Origin: the human T2T-CHM13v2.0 reference genome, Homo sapiens | Length of the DNA: 64,000 nucleotides | Direction: 5' to 3' (one strand) | Assembly: GCF_009914755.1 (NCBI RefSeq) | Contig: NC_060936.1 | Shown: positions 53,914-64,000 of the stretch, in pieces | How the letters are laid out: every line of letters starts with the position of its first letter | Numbering within the stretch: the first letter of the stretch is position 1 | Notes under the pieces: model-generated | The model's database searches: none | What the model saw: only the letters and a program-made list of their open reading frames with translations | Told to the model about the DNA's origin: nothing | Translations under genes and position numbers: made by a program

Positions 53914-56181
53914 CGTAAATGACTGAAGAGTCTCGAGCTCTCTAATTTTAAGAGTAAGCTTGTTCTTGTCTTTTCTCAAAGTACGGTTTTCATTTTGAGA
54001 TTCTAGGAGATTGGCTGAAATATGGCTGTTGGTTTTGGCCAACTGGCTGATCTCTTTCTGAAGGATGAAGTAGCTTTCTGCCAGGGTTTCCTTCTCCTTC
54101 AGGAGCTCATCCTTTTCCAGCATCATTTCGCTCTTCTCAGCCAGGAGGTTCTGGTTGTCTTGCATCACCTGGGCTTTTTCGGCCAGGGTCACCTCATGGT
54201 TCCGCTGAAGGTCATCCAGAATCTTGGTGAGGCAGCTGTGCAGTTCCTGCAGCTCTGCCTTGGATTTGGACAAGGCAGCAAAATCACTTTTCAGAGTCTT
54301 TATATGGGCAGCAAGTTGAGCTGCTTCTGCAGTCAACAGTTCCTTCTCCTCGATTATCTCTGCCAGTTCTTGCTCTGATTTGCTCTTCTCTTGAAGTAGC
54401 ACAAACTTCTCGGACTGCAGCTCCTCGATACACACTCTTAACTCCTCCACCTCCTGCTCCAGGAGCACCATCCTCCCGTGAAGTTGATTGTTTTCGTACA
54501 AGGATGACTCGCTCTCCTTTGCTCTGGCTTCCTGTTCCAGGATTAAGGACTGCTGCATTTCCTGGATCTCCTTGCTTAATTTGTGACACTCTTCTTGCAG
54601 GTTCAAGCCATCTCTCAGCAACATGTTCTTCTCGGAACAACACGTGTTAAGTTGAGCATCCAAACTCTCCTTTGCTTGCAATATGTGAGTGTGTTCTTTT
54701 TCCAGATTCTTTTTGGTATTTTGAGCCTCTTTCAGCATCAAAGAGAGGTCGCACTTGCTGGCCACTAGTTCTTGGTTTTCCTTTTTTCTCTCTTGAAGCT
54801 CCTTCTTCAGAGCATCAATATTACTGAGGAGTTTCATATTCTCTTGCACAACTAAACTTCTGTTTGCAGACTCTTGATCACATTGCCTTTTGAGGTCTCC
54901 TATGGCTTTGATGGAATTCTCTCTCTCTGCAAGTAAAGCTCCATTTTGCGTTTCCAGTGAGGATTTTTCTTTCAAGAGACTATCCTGCTGCTTTTTAAGT
55001 TCAGTCATTTTCTGAGAAGCCATCTCCTTCTCGGAAGTCAGGTAAGTGATCTTCTCATTCAGGCTCATCTCAGTATGGGCAGCCTCTTCTAAGCATTTGT
55101 GGAGTTTTTCAGTGATTATTCTATTTTCACTTAAAAGTTCCTCTTTCTCAGCCAAGAGCCTTCTCTCGGAGGCAGCCAAGGTTTCTTTCTCATGCAGAAG
55201 CTGGATGCACTCGGAGTCCGTGACCGCCCGCCTGGCCTTAATTTCCTCCAAGAGCTTCGTGAGGCTTGTGTTTGCGGCCTCGAGTTGCACGGTCTCCAGC
55301 TCTGCCTTCCTCAGGGCCTTGCTGGCATCATCCAGCTGTGCGCGGAGCCCACTGGCTTCTGAGCGGAGCAGCTGTTTGACCTGGAGAGCGGCCTGGAGGC
55401 TGGCATTCAGCTTTTCCTGATCTTGAAGCAGCATGTCCGTCTCTAACTGCAGATTTCTGTTGTTCTGAAGAACATTATCTCGTTCTACCTTTAAGGCTAT
55501 GCACGTGTTATCGAGATTGGACAATTTCTCTAAAGCTGACTTTTTCTCAGCTGTGAGATCTTCAGTCTCCTGTACCAAAGCTTTCTGATCTTTGACTAGC
55601 TCCTCATAAGACCTTTGAAGCTTCTGAATGATGTCATCCTTATCTTTGGCCAAGATGAAGTTTTCGGTAATAAGTTTCTTGATCTGGTCCTCCAGGTGAT
55701 CTTTTTCTTCCTGGTCCTTCTCAGTCTTAGCAATCAAAGTATCTTTGCTGAGCTGGAGCTCTTCAATGAGTGCCTGCATGCTCACCTTGGAAGCTTGCAA
55801 AGAGTCATTTTCCACATTTATCTTCAAGAGTTCTTCCTGTACAACATTGATTTCTTTAAGCAATTTCTCTCTCTCAACAGCCAAAGCTTCTTTATTGAGA
55901 TGTTCCTGCTCATAATACTTTTCGGCATCTTGCTTTTCTTCTAAGAATTTCTCCTTTTCTAAATTAAGAGTTTCATTCACTGACCACAGTTTCTGCTGGT
56001 CTCCCTGAAGTAAAGCTATTTTGGCCTCCAATTCTACAAGCTTGGATAAAAGTGAACCGTTTTCTAACTTTAAATCATTTCCCTCCTGAGAAAGAAGCTG
56101 CTTCTCTGATTTCAGACCCCTCAGCTCTTCTGACATTAGTTCAATTTCTTTTTTGGCTGATGTTAACAAATAAGTTAGCGA
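53914..56181 (-). CDS. CLIP1: CLIP1 giant alternative cassette exon, 2268 nt / 756 aa of coiled coil (SLTYLLTSAKKEIELMSEE...ELETLQSFT)
   Basis: Open frame across 2.27 kb (ORF 53905..56169); long pyrimidine tract ending tttctgtag|TCG; donor ACG|gtaaag; phase 0-0 matches flanking exons; E/K/L/Q-rich, no proline. Confidence 0.9.
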
Positions 56182-56817
56182 CTACAGAAACAAAAGATGG
56201 AAAGAATGGAAACAAAAATGAAATCAAGCAGACAAATGCAAGCCCAAATAACTTAATGTAACCTAAATGATAAAAACTTTACAATTTCTACAATAAACTT
56301 TACAGAAACTATCTGAATAACAAGGGAAAGAAACTAAACAGAGCCCATAAAAAGGTAAGTCAAAAGTGTAGTTTTGCAAAGTGCTTCTGTATCTGTTAGC
56401 TTATTTTATCTTTGAAACAACTTGTGAAATTATTCCCAGTAGCTACCTAGAAGATAAAAATAGTAGCTTGATTTTAATATCAGGGCATAAGATTCTTTCC
56501 TGCCATTCCAATTATCAAATTACTTTGAAAGCAGAAAGGATTCATAGAACAATTTTTAAAAATACAATTAAAAGAAGTACAAAAACTCAGTATATTTTAA
56601 TGAAAAAAGGAAGGGGCATAACAAGGGAAAATAAACTACTGCCTTCCAAACTCACCACAGGACCTTACTTAAGGGTAGCTGAGGGGCTGAGAGTGATTTA
56701 GTCCCAATATCACATATAACTTAAAAACTACAGCCTAATTTCTAGGCTTTGCTGACTAAAAGGAATAGTTTTTTTTTTTTATTTACTGAATTATAAGATA
56801 ATTTGACCACAGTGTCT

Positions 56818-57812
<995 letters not shown>

Positions 57813-58045
57813 ATAGCCCACTGGCTCTTAAAAGTAGGGAATAGGAGGCTTCATGGGTTCCAGGAACCTTGTTGAGTGCACACGTAAACTTTCCTGAAAA
57901 AATATCTGTAGATTTCATTAGATTATTCCAAAGAGTCTGGGACTGATTACGATCCACTGAAATTAGATACTAGACACGTTTGGAGGGGAACAGTCCTGGC
58001 ATTTTTAACTCAATGACTCTTGCACAAAACCAACCAACAAAATCA

Positions 58046-58237
58046 GTGAGACTGGCCAGGAATGGTGGCTCATGCCTGCAATCCCAGCACCTTGTGAGAC
58101 TGGCCAGGAATGGTGGCTCACGCCTGCAACCCCAGCGCCTTGTGAGACTGGCCAGGAATGGTGGCTCACGCCTGCAATCCCAGCGCCTTGTGAGACTGGC
58201 CAGGAACGATGAATCACGCCTGCAATCCCAGCACCTT
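58046..58237 (+). repeat. 48-bp x4 minisatellite made of 8 bp of flank plus the first 40 bp of an Alu (Alu continues to ~58490)
   Basis: Unit gtgagactggccaggaatggtggctcacgcctgcaatcccagcRcctt starting at 58046, 58094, 58142, 58190. Confidence 0.95.
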
Positions 58238-58315
58238 GGGAAGCTGAAGCAGGTGGATCGCTTGCATCCAGGGGTTCGAGACCAGCCTGAGCAACATAGC
58301 GAGACTCTGTCTCTA

Positions 58316-58541
<226 letters not shown>

Positions 58542-59746
58542 CTGAAACATTTTAAAGGAAATACAAAAAAAAAACTGAAGTCTGCACAGATAAAGGAAAC
58601 CACAAAGACAAAAGATCTGGGAATTGTATCTAGTGTTAAATGGCTCATAAAACTGGAGGTATTTCACAGAAAGAAGAGAAATCCTCAACTATCAGCATGT
58701 AGAAGAGGGAGAATATGGGCCTCCCAGATGACATGCACGGCACACACATACCATGTCATGTCCACTTAGTTAGCAAGAGGCTTTTCATGAGATTGGTTTC
58801 AAGTCCTATATATGCTCTTTTATCATTTCTTTCTACTAAACTCCTATAAACACATTAAAAATAAAGAAAGGTGAATATTTACTTTCCTTTGAGCAATAGA
58901 AGGTTAAACAGTGGGCAAGGTTGAACTTCGTGAAGTTACCAGAGTCACAAAATGTACTGGGCAGGCCAGGCATGGTGGCTCACACCTGTAATCCCAACAC
59001 TTTAAGAGGCCAAGATGGGAGGACTGCTTGAGCCCAGGAGTTTGAGACCAGCCTGGGCAACACAGCAAGACCCCATTCTCTACAAAAAAAAGAAAAAATA
59101 TATATTGGGCACAGATACAATCCTAAAACCATAAAATGAAATCCAACATATCAAATTCTGCTCTATCTACTAACAAGGTGTTTCCTCCCTGCCCTTGAAT
59201 CCAGCTTCCTTGTCAATAAGCTCACAGTACCTTCCTGGGGACACATAAAGCCCTCTGTGGAGTTCTCAATTCTAACTCTTCCTAGAAGAGCTCTGTTCCT
59301 CCAACCAGGCTCTCTCTAGTCCTGATTCCTTGCTTGCTTACTTCATGTGACCTCTGCCTCTTGCTTTATCGCAACATCTCTCCAAACCCTAGTGCAAGGC
59401 AGCAACAAGCACGGCCAAGATTAGAGGAACAAGCAGGCAAGCAGAGCTCAGGCAACGAAAGAACCTTTGTGACCTCTGGGAAACAAGCAGCACAGGGGTG
59501 ATGGCTACACAGTCCATTCCAGGAAAGACTGGCAGGAAACACCATCCGAGAAGGAACAGCAGCTGGCACAAAACACTTGAAGCCATAGGAAATGTAATGT
59601 ACCACCCTGCCACGCACTCAGAAGGGTAACGTCTGTAGAGGCCACCTTAACTTTTCCCACTGGCTGCTGCTTTCTAAGCACCCTTCCTGCCTCGACACAG
59701 AGCTCAGGCAAGCTACAACACAAGGAAATTCTCTCGCGTCACGTAC

Positions 59747-59962
59747 TTTGGCTTTCTCGGCTTGCTTTCTCAGCTCCTCCAGCTCCTGCAGCAAGCCACT
59801 GTTCTCCTCCCGTGCGCCCTTCAGCTTGTCCTCTGTGTCCAGCAGCGTCTTCTGGAGGTTCTGTAGGATTTCTTCATGCTTGGTTTTTGTCTCAGAAGTG
59901 GCTCTCTCATACCTGGCTTTCAGCTCCTGACACTGGTTGTGGCTTGTTTCCATTTTCTTTTC
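59747..59962 (-). CDS. CLIP1: CLIP1 constitutive exon, 216 nt ([10 protein letters not shown]...RKQAEKAK)
   Basis: ctgcag|GAA acceptor, AAA|gtacgt donor, 72 codons, phase 0-0; 98-nt upstream intron. Confidence 0.96.
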
Positions 59963-60060
59963 CTGCAGAGACCCCGAATGAGGGAATGAGTCATCTGCCC
60001 ATGCGTGTACTATCCCTTGCCTTCCTTGCCAGCCAACAGGCCCACTGAGTATCTCCTTAC

Positions 60061-60226
60061 CAGGTCCGACAATTTCCTCTCCAATTCTTTCTTTTCTTCC
60101 TCATGCTTTTTAGCTGCTTCTTGCTGGCTCTGTTCAGCTTTGACAGTCATGTCCTCAATACTTTTTTGCAGAAAACTTGCATTTTCATTAGCCTTTGTAA
60201 GTTTTAGCTGTAATTCTTCTACATCT
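60061..60226 (-). CDS. CLIP1: CLIP1 constitutive exon, 166 nt, coiled coil ([11 protein letters not shown]...ERKLSDL); most 5' exon in window
   Basis: Acceptor ttttctag|A (AG at 60228-60227), donor CTG|gtaagg; 1+55 codons; peptide recognised as CLIP-170 rod. Confidence 0.96.
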
Positions 60227-60283
60227 CTAGAAAAAGTTTCAATATAAGGTGTCAGATTTTTCATAAGAATGTTTTAAATTTAA

Positions 60284-64000
<3,717 letters not shown>

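Noticed and set aside
54022-55944. Plus-strand and alternate-frame ORFs overlapping the giant exon
   Set aside because: Shadow ORFs caused by the codon bias of the coiled-coil frame.
53905-56169. The 754-aa ORF as an independent intronless gene or retrocopy
   Set aside because: It begins at a TTG 12 nt inside a strong acceptor, has a phase-matched donor two codons before its stop, is on the CLIP1 strand and has no poly-A tail or TSD; a cassette exon fits better.

Overview
Human-like, very Alu-rich genomic DNA containing the 3' part of CLIP1 (CLIP-170/restin, a microtubule plus-end tracking protein) on the minus strand. I reconstructed 11 constitutive coding exons from 60226 down to the stop at 4665. 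All have GT-AG boundaries and matching phases, and they encode the distal coiled coil, two CCHC zinc knuckles and the C-terminal DDETF motif. A ~1.4 kb 3' UTR ends near 3224-3260. The main finding is a set of in-frame cassette exons absent from the canonical protein as I recall it: a 2268-nt, proline-free coiled-coil exon (53914-56181; 756 codons = exactly 108 heptads) with an internal in-frame donor and downstream QKI motifs; a 6-nt microexon (8231-8236, +QM); a 21-nt microexon (14303-14323, +SLPSNTL); and a 69-nt candidate (11117-11185). There is also a 32-nt frameshifting, poison-like exon (58510-58541). Other oddities: an Alu target-site duplication that copies the gene's own AATAAA, a 48-bp minisatellite built from an Alu 5' end, a ~220-bp local duplication, a zero-spacer inverted Alu pair, and an MLT2A solo LTR. 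Most other ORFs in the track are Alu- or L1-derived noise. Repeat boundaries and subfamilies are by-eye estimates.
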